Shown: positions 17,174-27,717 of the stretch, piece by piece
How the letters are laid out: each line of letters opens with the position of its first letter
Numbering within the stretch: the stretch's first letter is position 1
Virus record (IMG/VR): IMGVR_UViG_3300042293_000433
From: a virus
Taxonomy: Duplodnaviria; Heunggongvirae; Uroviricota; Caudoviricetes
Strand: one strand, 5' to 3'
Length of the DNA: 64,000 nt
The notes under the pieces: model-generated
Database searches by the model: none
Told to the model about the DNA's origin: nothing
What the model saw: the letters and a program-made list of their open reading frames with translations, nothing else
Made by a program: the position numbers and the translations under genes

Positions 17174-17509
17174 TTAATATTGATAATCTGCAATCTTTTC
17201 AACTGCGGTGTCAATCGTGTCAATCAAACTATCAATGTAAACCATATCAAATGTTTTCTTAATTGAACTATCTGCATTAATTAAGTGTACTTCAAATGTA
17301 TCACTCCAATCTAATGTAATTAATACCCATCCTTTGTGATGATGTCCACTAACTTTAAATAATAAACCTTTATTATCTAAACTACTCATTTCACACATTC
17401 CCCAACTCCATACAACAGGACCAACGGAACGAATATTGGTTAATAACTCTGATACATTAAACTCTCTTTTAAGTAAAGAGAATGAAACTGATTTGATTTT
17501 ACTTGTCAT
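17174..17509 (-). CDS. hypothetical protein
   Basis: 111-aa ORF. Confidence 0.45.
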   Translation of the reverse strand: MTSKIKSVSFSLLKREFNVSELLTNIRSVGPVVWSWGMCEMSSLDNKGLLFKVSGHHHKGWVLITLDWSDTFEVHLINADSSIKKTFDMVYIDSLIDTIDTAVEKIADYQY

Positions 17510-17663
17510 AACTTATTTATTTTCTTTGAATACTCTTTGTTTATTATTATTGTTTCTATATCCGTATTAGTGGTCAATTGTGTAATATGTGAATAAGATA
17601 ATTTGTTTATATTTACCCTATCACCTAACTTTGTCACTATGGTTATATCGTAGTATGTTTTCA

Positions 17664-18068
17664 TTAGTCTAAATGATTTCTACCACCGGCACCCATTGTA
17701 CCAAATGATGCCGTACTCATAAATGTTTCAATACCATGTCTCTTAAATGGTTTTTCTTTCTTAGGTTTGATACCCATCTTACGATTGTATCTTTGTGTGA
17801 ATAACAATAACAAATCATAGAACCTATCTTTCCAAAACTCTATTGCTTTTGTTTCTACTTTATCGTACCTATCAACACGCTTTGCTCTACCATACTTAGT
17901 AACAATAGGCTCACCCCAAACAGGTGTATAACATTTCACTTTTGTTTCACCTTCCATATCCTTCTTTGTTAAGTATGTTAAGGCTTCATTACATAAGTCT
18001 AAGGCTTCTTTATGATAACCTGCTTTGCTCATCCATTTTGATTTCTCAATCGATTCTATTAAGTTCAT
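17664..18068 (-). CDS. hypothetical protein
   Basis: 134-aa ORF, basic C-terminus. Confidence 0.45.
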   Translation of the reverse strand: MNLIESIEKSKWMSKAGYHKEALDLCNEALTYLTKKDMEGETKVKCYTPVWGEPIVTKYGRAKRVDRYDKVETKAIEFWKDRFYDLLLLFTQRYNRKMGIKPKKEKPFKRHGIETFMSTASFGTMGAGGRNHLD

Positions 18069-18069
18069 A

Positions 18070-18285
18070 TTAATTATTTTTAAAGTTTAAGTTAGAATAT
18101 TTTTTCATATCGTATTGTCTCATTAAGTCACCCGCATTTAGTTTCAATGTTGGGTCCTCATATGATTGAGATATATTTAACTCCCGCATCCAATTCTGAA
18201 ATTCTAAACTGCCCATTGTTTCTTCTCGTTGTTCTTCAATTTCTCTCATTTTAAGAAAGAATTTCATTTTAATTGTATCTAACAT
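18070..18285 (-). CDS. hypothetical protein
   Basis: 71-aa ORF. Confidence 0.35.
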   Translation of the reverse strand: MLDTIKMKFFLKMREIEEQREETMGSLEFQNWMRELNISQSYEDPTLKLNAGDLMRQYDMKKYSNLNFKNN

Positions 18286-18286
18286 T

Positions 18287-18481
18287 TTATTTGTTTTTAT
18301 TTTTAAAAATTGCTTCTGTAATTATTAAGTAATACCATCTCGGTAAGTAAAATAAACATTTAATGAATACATAAAGATTGTATTTTACATCATGTTCTAA
18401 TGCTCTACCTTTCATTTGTTTTTTAATTGTATATAGTAACGGAAATAACGCTACAAAATATACTATCATAAATGTTCTCAT
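18287..18481 (-). CDS. small membrane protein
   Basis: 64 aa, hydrophobic N-half. Confidence 0.35.
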   Translation of the reverse strand: MRTFMIVYFVALFPLLYTIKKQMKGRALEHDVKYNLYVFIKCLFYLPRWYYLIITEAIFKNKNK

Positions 18482-18482
18482 A

Positions 18483-19169
18483 TTAACATCCCCTCAATGC
18501 ATACTTGCCGTTTAATTGTTTAGCTAAATACCAACCACGCTTTGCTGAATGTTTTGTTAATGATTGATGATGATGAATAAAACTGCCACCATTCAATATC
18601 GTTTTGTTACCCCTAATATCAACATCATAGTACGTTTTCAATTCAGTAAAACTTGCATCAAATCTATTATTCATAAACTGCCATATTTGTTTTGTAATCT
18701 GCCCATATGGTTGCTTAGAACGTGGATGAACTTTTGGTGTGTTTGTCACTACGGCTTTTTGTTTGTTTTGATAATATAAATTCATTATTGTTTGATACAC
18801 ATTACTACCTTTACCTTGTATCGTATTGTAATATCCATCTGCTAAACCCAATTTCATATTACCTAACATACGAGCAATAACTACATTATTATCATTCAAC
18901 TTCATATTCTGTCTATGAATACCTTTTGAACTATTGTAGTTTGGATTCTTAGGATGCAAATAGATGTCAATGTATGTTGCTTTACGCCAAGGTACATCAT
19001 TTTGTTTACCAACACTCCAATTTGTTACTACTGATTTTCGGTTATTATGTCTACCTTTCAATACTACCCAACCAAAGATTTGCTCTAATACTTTTTTAAT
19101 TTCGATAACTTGCTCCTCACTTTTCATTGGGATAGTTGCGATAAAGGTTTTTGTTCTATTGATACTCAT
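18483..19169 (-). CDS. hypothetical protein
   Basis: 228-aa ORF. Confidence 0.5.
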   Translation of the reverse strand: MSINRTKTFIATIPMKSEEQVIEIKKVLEQIFGWVVLKGRHNNRKSVVTNWSVGKQNDVPWRKATYIDIYLHPKNPNYNSSKGIHRQNMKLNDNNVVIARMLGNMKLGLADGYYNTIQGKGSNVYQTIMNLYYQNKQKAVVTNTPKVHPRSKQPYGQITKQIWQFMNNRFDASFTELKTYYDVDIRGNKTILNGGSFIHHHQSLTKHSAKRGWYLAKQLNGKYALRGC

Positions 19170-19179
19170 GTTGTTTGTT

Positions 19180-19530
19180 TTATTTTATATAAGAAGGTCC
19201 ATACTCACCCCATTGTGCAGTTCCATCTATAATGTTACCACGTGCGTGTTTTGCTGGTGCTTTCCAAGTTGCCGGTTTCAATAAGTCACCTTTCTTAATT
19301 GGTGCACCTTTTAAATCACCATCAACTCTACTAATGAAACCCCAACAAGTAGTTCCAGTCCATAAACGGATATACTTATTACCAATTTCAACTACTAACT
19401 CCTTATATTGTCTAACCATATCAGCAGTAGTATAATACTTTAATCGTTTTGCATTCACTTCATCAATAAATGTGGCAACAATAGGATTGCCTTTAAGATA
19501 CTCTATTGCTTTTGCATCGGTTGTTCTCAT
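19180..19530 (-). CDS. hypothetical protein
   Basis: 116-aa ORF. Confidence 0.45.
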   Translation of the reverse strand: MRTTDAKAIEYLKGNPIVATFIDEVNAKRLKYYTTADMVRQYKELVVEIGNKYIRLWTGTTCWGFISRVDGDLKGAPIKKGDLLKPATWKAPAKHARGNIIDGTAQWGEYGPSYIK

Positions 19531-19531
19531 A

Positions 19532-20020
19532 TTATCTATTTTGGTTTAAGGTAAATAATTTTTTATTGTTATATCTTTGTTCATCTTGTTTTATAGTATC
19601 TGCATAATTATTGAATGCACTATAATCTCTTTGTTTAGCATCTTCATCCGCATCTTCGTTTGATATTACTCTATACTCACCATTTACTATTCTATCATCT
19701 TCGGTAAAACCCGCACCATCATATTCAGGTTCAATTTCCTCATCAATAGCATTTTTAAGAATATCACGTTCTCTATCGTATTGTTCAGCATTAAACTTAC
19801 TTACATACTCTAATGCTTCATCTAAGCTTTTACACTCATCATATAAAGCAGTTTGTATTTTATCTCTCAATACTTCGGATTTCTTTAATTCATTAGTAAA
19901 GTATTCTATACTACTAATATTTGTACCCAACTCTTTTAAGTGAGATTCATTTTGTTCTACTAACTTACTAGTTGCATAATACAACTGATTCAATTCCAAT
20001 AATGTTAATTCTAAATTCAT
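19532..20020 (-). CDS. hypothetical protein (predicted coiled coil, acidic)
   Basis: 162-aa ORF. Confidence 0.45.
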   Translation of the reverse strand: MNLELTLLELNQLYYATSKLVEQNESHLKELGTNISSIEYFTNELKKSEVLRDKIQTALYDECKSLDEALEYVSKFNAEQYDRERDILKNAIDEEIEPEYDGAGFTEDDRIVNGEYRVISNEDADEDAKQRDYSAFNNYADTIKQDEQRYNNKKLFTLNQNR

Positions 20021-20050
20021 ATGTTATAGTTTTTAATTTAATTAATTTAT

Positions 20051-20284
20051 TTAAGCCGCTCTTAACCATTGTTGATAAATTACATCGTAGTCACATCCTT
20101 TATTAGATGCCAACTTCTCAAACAGGCGTTCTCTTATAATACTATCGTACACCCATAGGTAATCATATACATCACAATAGGTATTTAAGGTTTTCCATAG
20201 ACCATCAAAGGTAGCCATTGGATTAATACCTTTACCCATGTCATCGGTTGGGTAATTCTTTAGATAAAATTCTCTAATACTCAT
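20051..20284 (-). CDS. hypothetical protein
   Basis: 77-aa ORF. Confidence 0.4.
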   Translation of the reverse strand: MSIREFYLKNYPTDDMGKGINPMATFDGLWKTLNTYCDVYDYLWVYDSIIRERLFEKLASNKGCDYDVIYQQWLRAA

Positions 20285-20542
20285 ATTTTATAGTTTTTAT
20301 TTATTTTTACGAGCCCAATTCTTTTGAGCTTTTTTCTTTTTGTTTGGTACTACCTTTGGTTTATACCTACCATCAAACACACCCGCTTCTTTTTGGTCAC
20401 TTCGTTTGATAGTTCGTTCATACGCCGTTTTCATTATCTATCTTTTAATCTTACAAACACTTCTTTGATTTTTGGTGTTTCTAATCTTTTCAAAAATTTC
20501 TCTAATTTTTTATCTAAGAATTTCTTTTGTTTCTTTGTCATA

Positions 20543-21391
20543 CTATTTTACTTTTACTAATTTACTTTGAGCGGCTTTTGTTATCATTGGATTAACATCA
20601 TACACACTAAACTTGCTATCCATAGGGATAATGAATTTGTTATGTGCAGTATCAATCTTAGTTCTAACAAACTTAAACTTCAATCCTACAATTACACCCG
20701 TCTCATCTAAGTGTCTCATATCGTATGCATCACCATCAATTACTTTATAACCCATAAATGATATTGGTAATTGTTTACCTTCAAATACCATAGCAACTCT
20801 ACCTTTATTATTTTCTAATAACTCTAATGATTGTAACATATTGTAACCACTAAAAGAATAAGTCAAATCATAGTTAGAATACTTATCTAACAACTTAAAG
20901 CGATTAGCAACCTTAGTATAATCATAAAATGTCACTTCGTTGAATATATCGAAAATCACTTTACCATTGAATTTAAACAATGTTGGCTGAATATCGGATG
21001 TGCCATTTAATCTAACTGAAAATGTAAAACCTTTAGCAATTGCATCAGCTTTAGCTTTACTAATCTCAGCTACTAACCAACCCATAAAGAACTCTCTATG
21101 CTCAAAGAACAATTTAGTTTTTTTAATACGAGCTTTATTGATTGCGTTTTTCTTAACGTCAATTCTATTGTGTCCACTTTCAGTTAAACACGCTTCTCTA
21201 CATTCAGCCGTTGAACCCGGACAAACATTGTAACCACTTTGTTCAGCAGGAGCAAGATACAATATATAAGTCATTTCATTGTACTTTAAACCTTTAGCAA
21301 TTTTAGATGAACTTGCTACACTACCTAAATAAGATAAACCAGTTAACTTTTTAGCATTACCAATTGTTGTAAACTTCATTGTGTTATTCAT
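20543..21391 (-). CDS. hypothetical protein with Cx6Cx3C motif (possibly GP88-like phage protein)
   Basis: 282 aa; YNVCPGSTAECREACLTESGH cysteine cluster; family assignment is from memory only. Confidence 0.45.
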   Translation of the reverse strand: MNNTMKFTTIGNAKKLTGLSYLGSVASSSKIAKGLKYNEMTYILYLAPAEQSGYNVCPGSTAECREACLTESGHNRIDVKKNAINKARIKKTKLFFEHREFFMGWLVAEISKAKADAIAKGFTFSVRLNGTSDIQPTLFKFNGKVIFDIFNEVTFYDYTKVANRFKLLDKYSNYDLTYSFSGYNMLQSLELLENNKGRVAMVFEGKQLPISFMGYKVIDGDAYDMRHLDETGVIVGLKFKFVRTKIDTAHNKFIIPMDSKFSVYDVNPMITKAAQSKLVKVK

Positions 21392-21415
21392 ATTATTATT
21401 TTTAAATTTTAGAAA

Positions 21416-21601
21416 TTATTTACTATCGTTATGTTTAAATACTATTTCAAACTTTCTATCTTCAATAGAAAAACTATCTAAAACGATTTGTAATTGTTTA
21501 GAAAGATTATCTAATTTAGACTCATCCGTAAATTCAAACTCAATGTTGAACTGAAATGTTACATTACTCATATTATAAATTTTTGTTATATAAGGACTCA
21601 T
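21416..21601 (-). CDS. small hypothetical protein (likely starts at internal ATG 21571; first 10 codons lie in duplicated leader)
   Basis: 61-aa ORF MSPYITKIYNM...; N-terminus encoded by the 73-bp repeat shared with the ligase gene. Confidence 0.4.
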   Translation of the reverse strand: MSPYITKIYNMSNVTFQFNIEFEFTDESKLDNLSKQLQIVLDSFSIEDRKFEIVFKHNDSK

Positions 21602-21641
21602 TCTCTCGACTCAATACATAAAGGTACGACTTTATATTGGA
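21569..21641 (-). repeat. 73-bp duplicated 5' leader (copy B)
   Basis: 70/73 identity with 12681..12753. Confidence 0.8.
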
Positions 21642-21690
21642 CTTTGAACAGTCAAAGGTAACTATTTTTAGGTTTTTCAAAGATTTTTGA

Positions 21691-21712
21691 CTGACTATCA
21701 ATGAGTTACATA
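21691..21712 (-). promoter_or_regulatory. operator-like element (half-site copy)
   Basis: plus-strand ctgactatcaatgagttacata; right half atcaatgagtta matches consensus. Confidence 0.3.
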
Positions 21713-21758
21713 TATGATTTTTTTATATATGGGTAAAAAGGTGTAGACATAGATAACC

Positions 21759-21780
21759 CATTGAGAATCAATAAGTTATA
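21759..21780 (-). promoter_or_regulatory. operator-like palindromic element
   Basis: plus-strand cattgagaatcaataagttata, 18/22 to consensus. Confidence 0.4.
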
Positions 21781-21783
21781 ACT

Positions 21784-21805
21784 CTTTGATAATCAATGGG
21801 TTAGG
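21784..21805 (-). promoter_or_regulatory. operator-like palindromic element
   Basis: plus-strand ctttgataatcaatgggttagg; core ttgataatcaa is a perfect inverted repeat. Confidence 0.45.
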
Positions 21806-21861
21806 AATTTGAGTTATTATATTACATTTTTATATAATATCAACCCTTATTTTATGTATTA

Positions 21862-22266
21862 TTACCAGGAAATTTCCCAATCTTTAAACTCTGCCGCTAA
21901 ACAATCTATTTTATAATCCATTCTGCCACCAACAACTTCCTGAATTTTATTTTTTGCTACATTTCTGATACCATTAATACCATGTGTTAATTCTAAATTG
22001 TTTCCCTCTTTAATTCCTTTACGATAGTTCGATTCATTCTGCCAAATATGTGCATTGATTTGTGATAATACTACAATTGCTCTAATCGTTTCGCCACTAA
22101 TTGGCTTGTCACTATTATCTAAACACAATTGAATATCATGTACGATATCCGCAATTTCCTGTGCGTATTCTGCTTTGTGTTCAGGAATCTTTACTTCTTT
22201 TAATTGAGCTATACTCAATCTGTCAATTAACTCCGCTAATGTTGGGAGATATTTTCTTTCACTCAT
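21862..22266 (-). CDS. hypothetical protein
   Basis: 134-aa ORF. Confidence 0.45.
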   Translation of the reverse strand: MSERKYLPTLAELIDRLSIAQLKEVKIPEHKAEYAQEIADIVHDIQLCLDNSDKPISGETIRAIVVLSQINAHIWQNESNYRKGIKEGNNLELTHGINGIRNVAKNKIQEVVGGRMDYKIDCLAAEFKDWEISW

Positions 22267-23360
22267 AGTTGTATGTTTTTTAAATAACGAATTAATGTAT
22301 TTCTATTGTGTTCAAATTCTTCAAAGTTATCATAATAAATACTATGTAAATCGGAGTATGATAAACTAGCAAATTCATTTACCTTAGTATTAAATGCATC
22401 TAAATCATATCCCATATTATTACAATGATACAAAGGACATTCAAATGAAAATCCAAAGTATTTACTAAATTGTTCCAATGTATTTTCAGGTCCCCAAAAA
22501 CTAAATGGATTCATAAACATTAATGGTTTATAAATCTTTTCTGAATAGTGTAGTATATTACTTCTATCTGCGTATGGATGTACGGGTGTACGTGAACTAA
22601 ATCCTTCCGTTATAATTTCAAAGTAAGTATTATGAAAATGCGTTACGTTTGTATTTTGTGGTTGAAAGTAAACAGGATTTGCTATATGTTTAATATCATT
22701 TTCAAATACATAATTTGCATTGTTATCACCATCTAATTCTATTGGTAATACTTTATATGCATCTGATTTTAAAATATATTCCATATCCGAATTACTCACA
22801 TCATACATTCTACTATCAAACTTGTCATTAGCCAATGTCCAATTAAAACTAACTAAACCATCATCTAAATTATTATTGTTGTATAATGATTCAAATATTT
22901 TGAACCTTTCAGTTCTCATATGATGATTAAGAAACAAATATTTCTTTAATCGTTTTTTAGTTCTTAATACATCCCATTGTATAAATTTGTTTGATTGTGT
23001 AAACCCATCTTTTGTAAAGTTGTCTGCTAATTGTAAGGCGTGTAATGGAAAAAATACATGCGATTTGAATTGACAATTGAGTATGTTTACCGTCAGTATT
23101 TTAAGATTAAACCCACTCAACTCTGCTTCTAATCGTTTATAGGTATTTACATCAATATAACTTTCAGTAGAAATAAAATCTAAATATACGTTTTCAATGT
23201 TTTGTTTTTTTATGAATAATCCAATACGTTCAATTTTAGGACGAGATGAATCTTCCATTATACTTAATACTAAACATTCTTTTGTAGGTTTTATATAACC
23301 ACACGGTAAATGGTCATATTCTACAAACTCTTTATTCTCATATCTAAAATATTTATTCAA
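22263..23360 (-). CDS. GT10-like glycosyltransferase paralog
   Basis: 365 aa; FEIITEG...YSEKIYKPLMFMNPFSFWG and KKYLFLNHHMRTERFKIFESL blocks shared with 6729..7886. Confidence 0.4.
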   Translation of the reverse strand: MNKYFRYENKEFVEYDHLPCGYIKPTKECLVLSIMEDSSRPKIERIGLFIKKQNIENVYLDFISTESYIDVNTYKRLEAELSGFNLKILTVNILNCQFKSHVFFPLHALQLADNFTKDGFTQSNKFIQWDVLRTKKRLKKYLFLNHHMRTERFKIFESLYNNNNLDDGLVSFNWTLANDKFDSRMYDVSNSDMEYILKSDAYKVLPIELDGDNNANYVFENDIKHIANPVYFQPQNTNVTHFHNTYFEIITEGFSSRTPVHPYADRSNILHYSEKIYKPLMFMNPFSFWGPENTLEQFSKYFGFSFECPLYHCNNMGYDLDAFNTKVNEFASLSYSDLHSIYYDNFEEFEHNRNTLIRYLKNIQL

Positions 23361-24609
23361 CTGAAAACAATTTTATAGTATTAATCTTTTCTTTCTCTAT
23401 TAGTTTAACTAAAACATGATAGTTGTACTCACAATTAAAATAAGTTTCATCAACCAGTTCTCTTAACGTTTCTATATCCATACTTGCTAATTCATCCAAT
23501 ATCTTTAAAAATTTAGCAAACCTTCTTTTATAAAATATAGCCTTTGCGTTATCCTCATGTCTAACTTCATCCATTATCTCATAAAATTCGGTAGTATCAT
23601 CTAATATACTTGCATCATATAATTGTGGGAACAACTTAAATCCATATTCCTCTAATCCTTTATAGATACCCGCACTACCAAATATCAAAAATGGTTTCTT
23701 ACATACGATAGGTCTAAATGCCTTCTCAGTTAGTGAACAAAAATCAACCGGGTCACTTAGCGTTTCTATTACTAAATCAATTAATGCGTTATTATTCTTT
23801 TCAAAGTTTACCCACTTACAATTGTAATAGTGTCCACCTTCTAATTCATTTTGAAATACTCTAACAGGAAATTGAAATGAATCATCTATATCATCCAATA
23901 GTTTTTTATTACCATCTCGTTCTCTCTCTGAATATGTGATATACTTTTTACCATCATCCCAATGTCTAAAAAAGAAAGTTGCTTCACACTTACTTAACAT
24001 CCTATTATCTAATAAGTGTTTGTATAAGTGCATTCTTGCTTCTCTCGGTTGGTTGTTAGTAGTATAGAAATGTTTTTGTGCATTTGAACTATTAACTACA
24101 ATATTTTCTGCTTCTATTTTCTCTATATTGTTTTCCAAAAAGTAAGGTAAACATCCTAAGTTATAGATTACATTTATATTTTCCCAATCATGCGACCAAT
24201 TCTTTGATGCGATACTAATAAATACCTTATCAATTTGGTCACCGAAAAAACGATTAAGGTGAAATACCAATTCAGGTACAGGACCACCGACAGTAAGAAA
24301 GTCCATATCCTCACCATAGAATATGAACTTCTTTATAACACCAGTCCTAAGTTTGTCTAAAATTTCTTTTGATTTCTCTAATTGTAAGAAACCAGGTATT
24401 GCAGATGAAATTGATTCAGTATAGAACATACAATAAACTTCATCATCCTCTACAAATTTTATATCACCATACTTTTGTACGCTGAATATAAATTGTTTCA
24501 TATGTCCTTGTCTAATATAATTGTTTTGACCTTCCTCTGAATAGAAGTCTAAATCAATAACACCCCAATTGGATTTATATTCTGTAAACTTAATTTTAAT
24601 CTCTTGCAT
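23353..24609 (-). CDS. GT10-like glycosyltransferase paralog
   Basis: 418 aa; VIETLS..CSLTEKAFRPIVCKKPFLIFG resembles FENS...TEK fucosyltransferase motif. Confidence 0.4.
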   Translation of the reverse strand: MQEIKIKFTEYKSNWGVIDLDFYSEEGQNNYIRQGHMKQFIFSVQKYGDIKFVEDDEVYCMFYTESISSAIPGFLQLEKSKEILDKLRTGVIKKFIFYGEDMDFLTVGGPVPELVFHLNRFFGDQIDKVFISIASKNWSHDWENINVIYNLGCLPYFLENNIEKIEAENIVVNSSNAQKHFYTTNNQPREARMHLYKHLLDNRMLSKCEATFFFRHWDDGKKYITYSERERDGNKKLLDDIDDSFQFPVRVFQNELEGGHYYNCKWVNFEKNNNALIDLVIETLSDPVDFCSLTEKAFRPIVCKKPFLIFGSAGIYKGLEEYGFKLFPQLYDASILDDTTEFYEIMDEVRHEDNAKAIFYKRRFAKFLKILDELASMDIETLRELVDETYFNCEYNYHVLVKLIEKEKINTIKLFSVE

Positions 24610-25012
24610 ATGTCTTATAATAACTATATAAACTCATTAAATCTCCCCCACATTTTTCAACCGCTTCATCCCAAATATTTAAACCAAAGACGGTTTTAAA
24701 ATCATGTTCTAATTTATAAAGTATCTTTTGTTCGTCTTTATGTGCTTCTAATTCTAACTTAATGGCTTTTAATCGTTTCATTCTACTTGCTTCTAATGCC
24801 GATTCAACACGATTCTTTTCATCAGTACCACCATAGTTGTCATATGTTTGTTGATATGCCTGTTTTGCGGTTGCTCGCATTTTATCAGCTTCACCAAACA
24901 TGAACGAATAATCATAATCACCATTTTGTATCTTATCAAATAAAGGTGCTCTATCTGAAAGGGGTTTCTTTCTTTTACCTGTTGCCCACCATCTGAATTT
25001 GTTGTATGCCAT
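24596..25012 (-). CDS. hypothetical protein
   Basis: 138-aa ORF. Confidence 0.45.
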   Translation of the reverse strand: MAYNKFRWWATGKRKKPLSDRAPLFDKIQNGDYDYSFMFGEADKMRATAKQAYQQTYDNYGGTDEKNRVESALEASRMKRLKAIKLELEAHKDEQKILYKLEHDFKTVFGLNIWDEAVEKCGGDLMSLYSYYKTYARD

Positions 25013-25014
25013 AA

Positions 25015-25308
25015 CTAACCATTTAATTGAATATTCATAACTTGTCTTCGTAAGTAGATTTCGTTTAATTTATGTGTAACCTCTGATACTATTCTTTCGT
25101 CCTTTATAACTTCTGCTACCGCACTTTCAACATCAGCGGTACAAAAACGAGTATCATAGTAGGCATTTATCCTATCCATTGTTTCCTCTACTTTAGCTTC
25201 CCAATATTGCTCGGTTAATTTTGATTCAGATGCAAATTGTTCATATAAATAATCTTCATCACCACTTTCATTAATTGGTGTGTTTGTTGGTAGTTGTTGT
25301 TTGCTCAT
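25015..25308 (-). CDS. hypothetical protein
   Basis: 97-aa ORF, acidic. Confidence 0.4.
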   Translation of the reverse strand: MSKQQLPTNTPINESGDEDYLYEQFASESKLTEQYWEAKVEETMDRINAYYDTRFCTADVESAVAEVIKDERIVSEVTHKLNEIYLRRQVMNIQLNG

Positions 25309-25468
25309 AATATTCTTTTAATGTTTTTTCTATAAAGTGTATTCCCTCACTATCACCACTATATGCATCATATGAGGTGTAAAGACGGACAAACTTTTCA
25401 ATTCCATATGTTTCTAATTCATATATAACGGAACTAAGGTTTGATATTTGACAATGATTAAATCCCAT
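25271..25468 (-). CDS. hypothetical protein
   Basis: 65-aa ORF. Confidence 0.3.
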   Translation of the reverse strand: MGFNHCQISNLSSVIYELETYGIEKFVRLYTSYDAYSGDSEGIHFIEKTLKEYYEQTTTTNKHTN

Positions 25469-25793
25469 CTTTTAATCCTCTCTTTTTTATAAGTATATCC
25501 ATAGATGCACTTTCGTTTTGTTTTATAATCGGTTTTAAACTATCATACAACCCATCCTTAAACACTTCATCCGTTCCCTTATCACTATTTGCTACTGCCG
25601 TAGAAATGTGTGCAAATCGTTTTAATTTGTACGGAGAGAGTGGTACAATATGTTGTTTGAGACTTAGGGCTTTAGCATCCAGGTACTCGAATAATTCCGA
25701 GTCGGTCATTTGTTTTAGTTCCTCGTCTGTCTTATTAAATTCCATACTCAAATATACTAATAAATAATGAATTAAAAAAATAAAGGGGAACAT
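25458..25793 (-). CDS. hypothetical protein
   Basis: 111-aa ORF. Confidence 0.4.
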   Translation of the reverse strand: MFPFIFLIHYLLVYLSMEFNKTDEELKQMTDSELFEYLDAKALSLKQHIVPLSPYKLKRFAHISTAVANSDKGTDEVFKDGLYDSLKPIIKQNESASMDILIKKRGLKDGI

Positions 25794-25806
25794 TTCTGCT
25801 CCCCGT
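25771..25806 (-). terminator. rho-independent terminator (minus strand)
   Basis: stem gggga/tcccc (loop 10 nt) followed on minus RNA by UUUAUUUUUUUAAU; placed at the 3' end of CDS 25816..27663, overlapping the C-terminal codons of 25458..25793. Confidence 0.4.
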
Positions 25807-25815
25807 TTGTATGTT

Positions 25816-27663
25816 TTAAACTACATTTTGTGTAGATATATTCATTAATGGATTTTCCAAATCTAAATTATCAATTGTGTTAGTACCACGTTTTGATTTA
25901 GATTTAATATGTCCTTTATGTTTAGTATTCCCAAATAATTCTGCTTTTCTCTTTGAAGCATTTCCAAATGATGGTAAAAACGATGTGTATGAAGGCATAG
26001 TAGTTGCATCAGTCCAATTAATGTCACTAAAGTAACCATCCTCTTGCTTATTTTCCATTTTAGAAATAAAAGCACTTTTCAAATTTTCATTAACTACATT
26101 AACAATTGTATCGTGTTTATCATGCCATCCGGTTACAAAACTATCTCCAATATGTTTGCGAAATGCTTTGTCTATATTATTCTTATCATATTGTGATTCC
26201 TTACATTTTGTTTCAATTGATTTGAAGCTTTTCAAAAAGTTAGAATCATCCATTTCTTCTTTAGAGGTAAAATATCTTCGACTAGATTGGTTTACCTTAT
26301 CAAGTGTTTGTTTACCATCTTCTGTTTCCCAATAATATGTATTGATTGGATGCATTGGATTGTTATAATACTCACATATTGCAATAAAATCAGTAATAAC
26401 GTTTTCTAAATTACTTAATTCTATCTTTGGTTTCCATATTCTACCAGACGAATCCATATATTGAAATACTTTAGTTATATAGTTATATAAAAATATAGAT
26501 AAAATAAACATTGATGGTTTTGATATTATCGCAGTTAACGCTTCATTATTATTTTCGTTACTTCCAATTTTGTTAAAAACTTTAGCAACTTTTAATAAAT
26601 CTGATTTCATACTCTTTAAATCCGATTCGCTTATTTCACAATCTTTGCTTAAGATAGATGATAACATTTGTTGTTCATTCTTAAATCCAAATCTTTGTAA
26701 TTGCTTTATATCATAATAACATGTATCTGCTATAACTGATATGAGATATTCAAATCCACCATCTTTCTTTTGAAACTTACCTGTTCCAAATTTTACTGGA
26801 TTTGCTTTACCATATAACATCTCCAATATCCCACCTACTGAACTATCAGTTGTTTCTGATGCAATATTATCTCTAACAAAAATTGTAAATGGATTCTTTG
26901 TTAACTTAAACTTATGTAGAAATTCTGACCAACTAGTGGATGAATTACTATACCATATAAATTTGGCTATATCTTCAAATGAATCTGCTTCAGTAATTTC
27001 AATTATATTGATAGGGCATTCACTTAAATATTTTAAATATATATTCGTTGTTTCTTCAACTGAAAGTCCTTTGAATTCTTTAATTTGTTTTGAAGGATTT
27101 GTTGAGGTACATTTTGTTTCTAAATCTTTTAAAGATTCAAATTTTATTTCCTTATCATTAACTATAAATGGTGCAAATTGAATTTCAGCATTTGTTTTTG
27201 GTAATTTACCAGTCAAATCACTTATATATTGTGTCATTCTATGTTGCCCATTAACTGAAAAATATTTATCTTTAAATCTCTTTTCAGAAAAATAGTTAAT
27301 ATCATCTTTCAAATAAGCAATAGATGTATCATATATTGCCTTTTGCGATAATTCTGCATTTAATTTTGAAATTTCTTTAGTAGCTAATTCACTTTTCAAT
27401 ACTTTGATAATTGTTTTCGCTGAAATATAATATACCGGCGATGATGTACCAAATCCATTGGTAGCCGCCGTAACCATATTTTTACGAACTGCTTTCTTTA
27501 GTTCTTTAATATATCTATTGATTCTAGTTGAATTAATAAATTTATCTTTATTTTCAAATATATATCTTAAATCACTACCCAATGCTTCAACTGCAATTCT
27601 TAATGATTTTTTGATTTCTATTTTCTTTTTTCCATTTGAAATGGTAAAAATTGTTTTTAACAT
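25816..27663 (-). CDS. large hypothetical protein, possible DUF262/ParB-like nuclease-domain protein
   Basis: 615 aa; FSVNGQHRMTQYI resembles the (I/V)DGQQR(L/T)T motif of DUF262; weak, from memory. Confidence 0.5.
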   Translation of the reverse strand: MLKTIFTISNGKKKIEIKKSLRIAVEALGSDLRYIFENKDKFINSTRINRYIKELKKAVRKNMVTAATNGFGTSSPVYYISAKTIIKVLKSELATKEISKLNAELSQKAIYDTSIAYLKDDINYFSEKRFKDKYFSVNGQHRMTQYISDLTGKLPKTNAEIQFAPFIVNDKEIKFESLKDLETKCTSTNPSKQIKEFKGLSVEETTNIYLKYLSECPINIIEITEADSFEDIAKFIWYSNSSTSWSEFLHKFKLTKNPFTIFVRDNIASETTDSSVGGILEMLYGKANPVKFGTGKFQKKDGGFEYLISVIADTCYYDIKQLQRFGFKNEQQMLSSILSKDCEISESDLKSMKSDLLKVAKVFNKIGSNENNNEALTAIISKPSMFILSIFLYNYITKVFQYMDSSGRIWKPKIELSNLENVITDFIAICEYYNNPMHPINTYYWETEDGKQTLDKVNQSSRRYFTSKEEMDDSNFLKSFKSIETKCKESQYDKNNIDKAFRKHIGDSFVTGWHDKHDTIVNVVNENLKSAFISKMENKQEDGYFSDINWTDATTMPSYTSFLPSFGNASKRKAELFGNTKHKGHIKSKSKRGTNTIDNLDLENPLMNISTQNVV

Positions 27664-27717
27664 ACTTTTAAATTTTAGTGTTTATTAAATATACGAAATA
27701 TAATTGGATTTACCAAA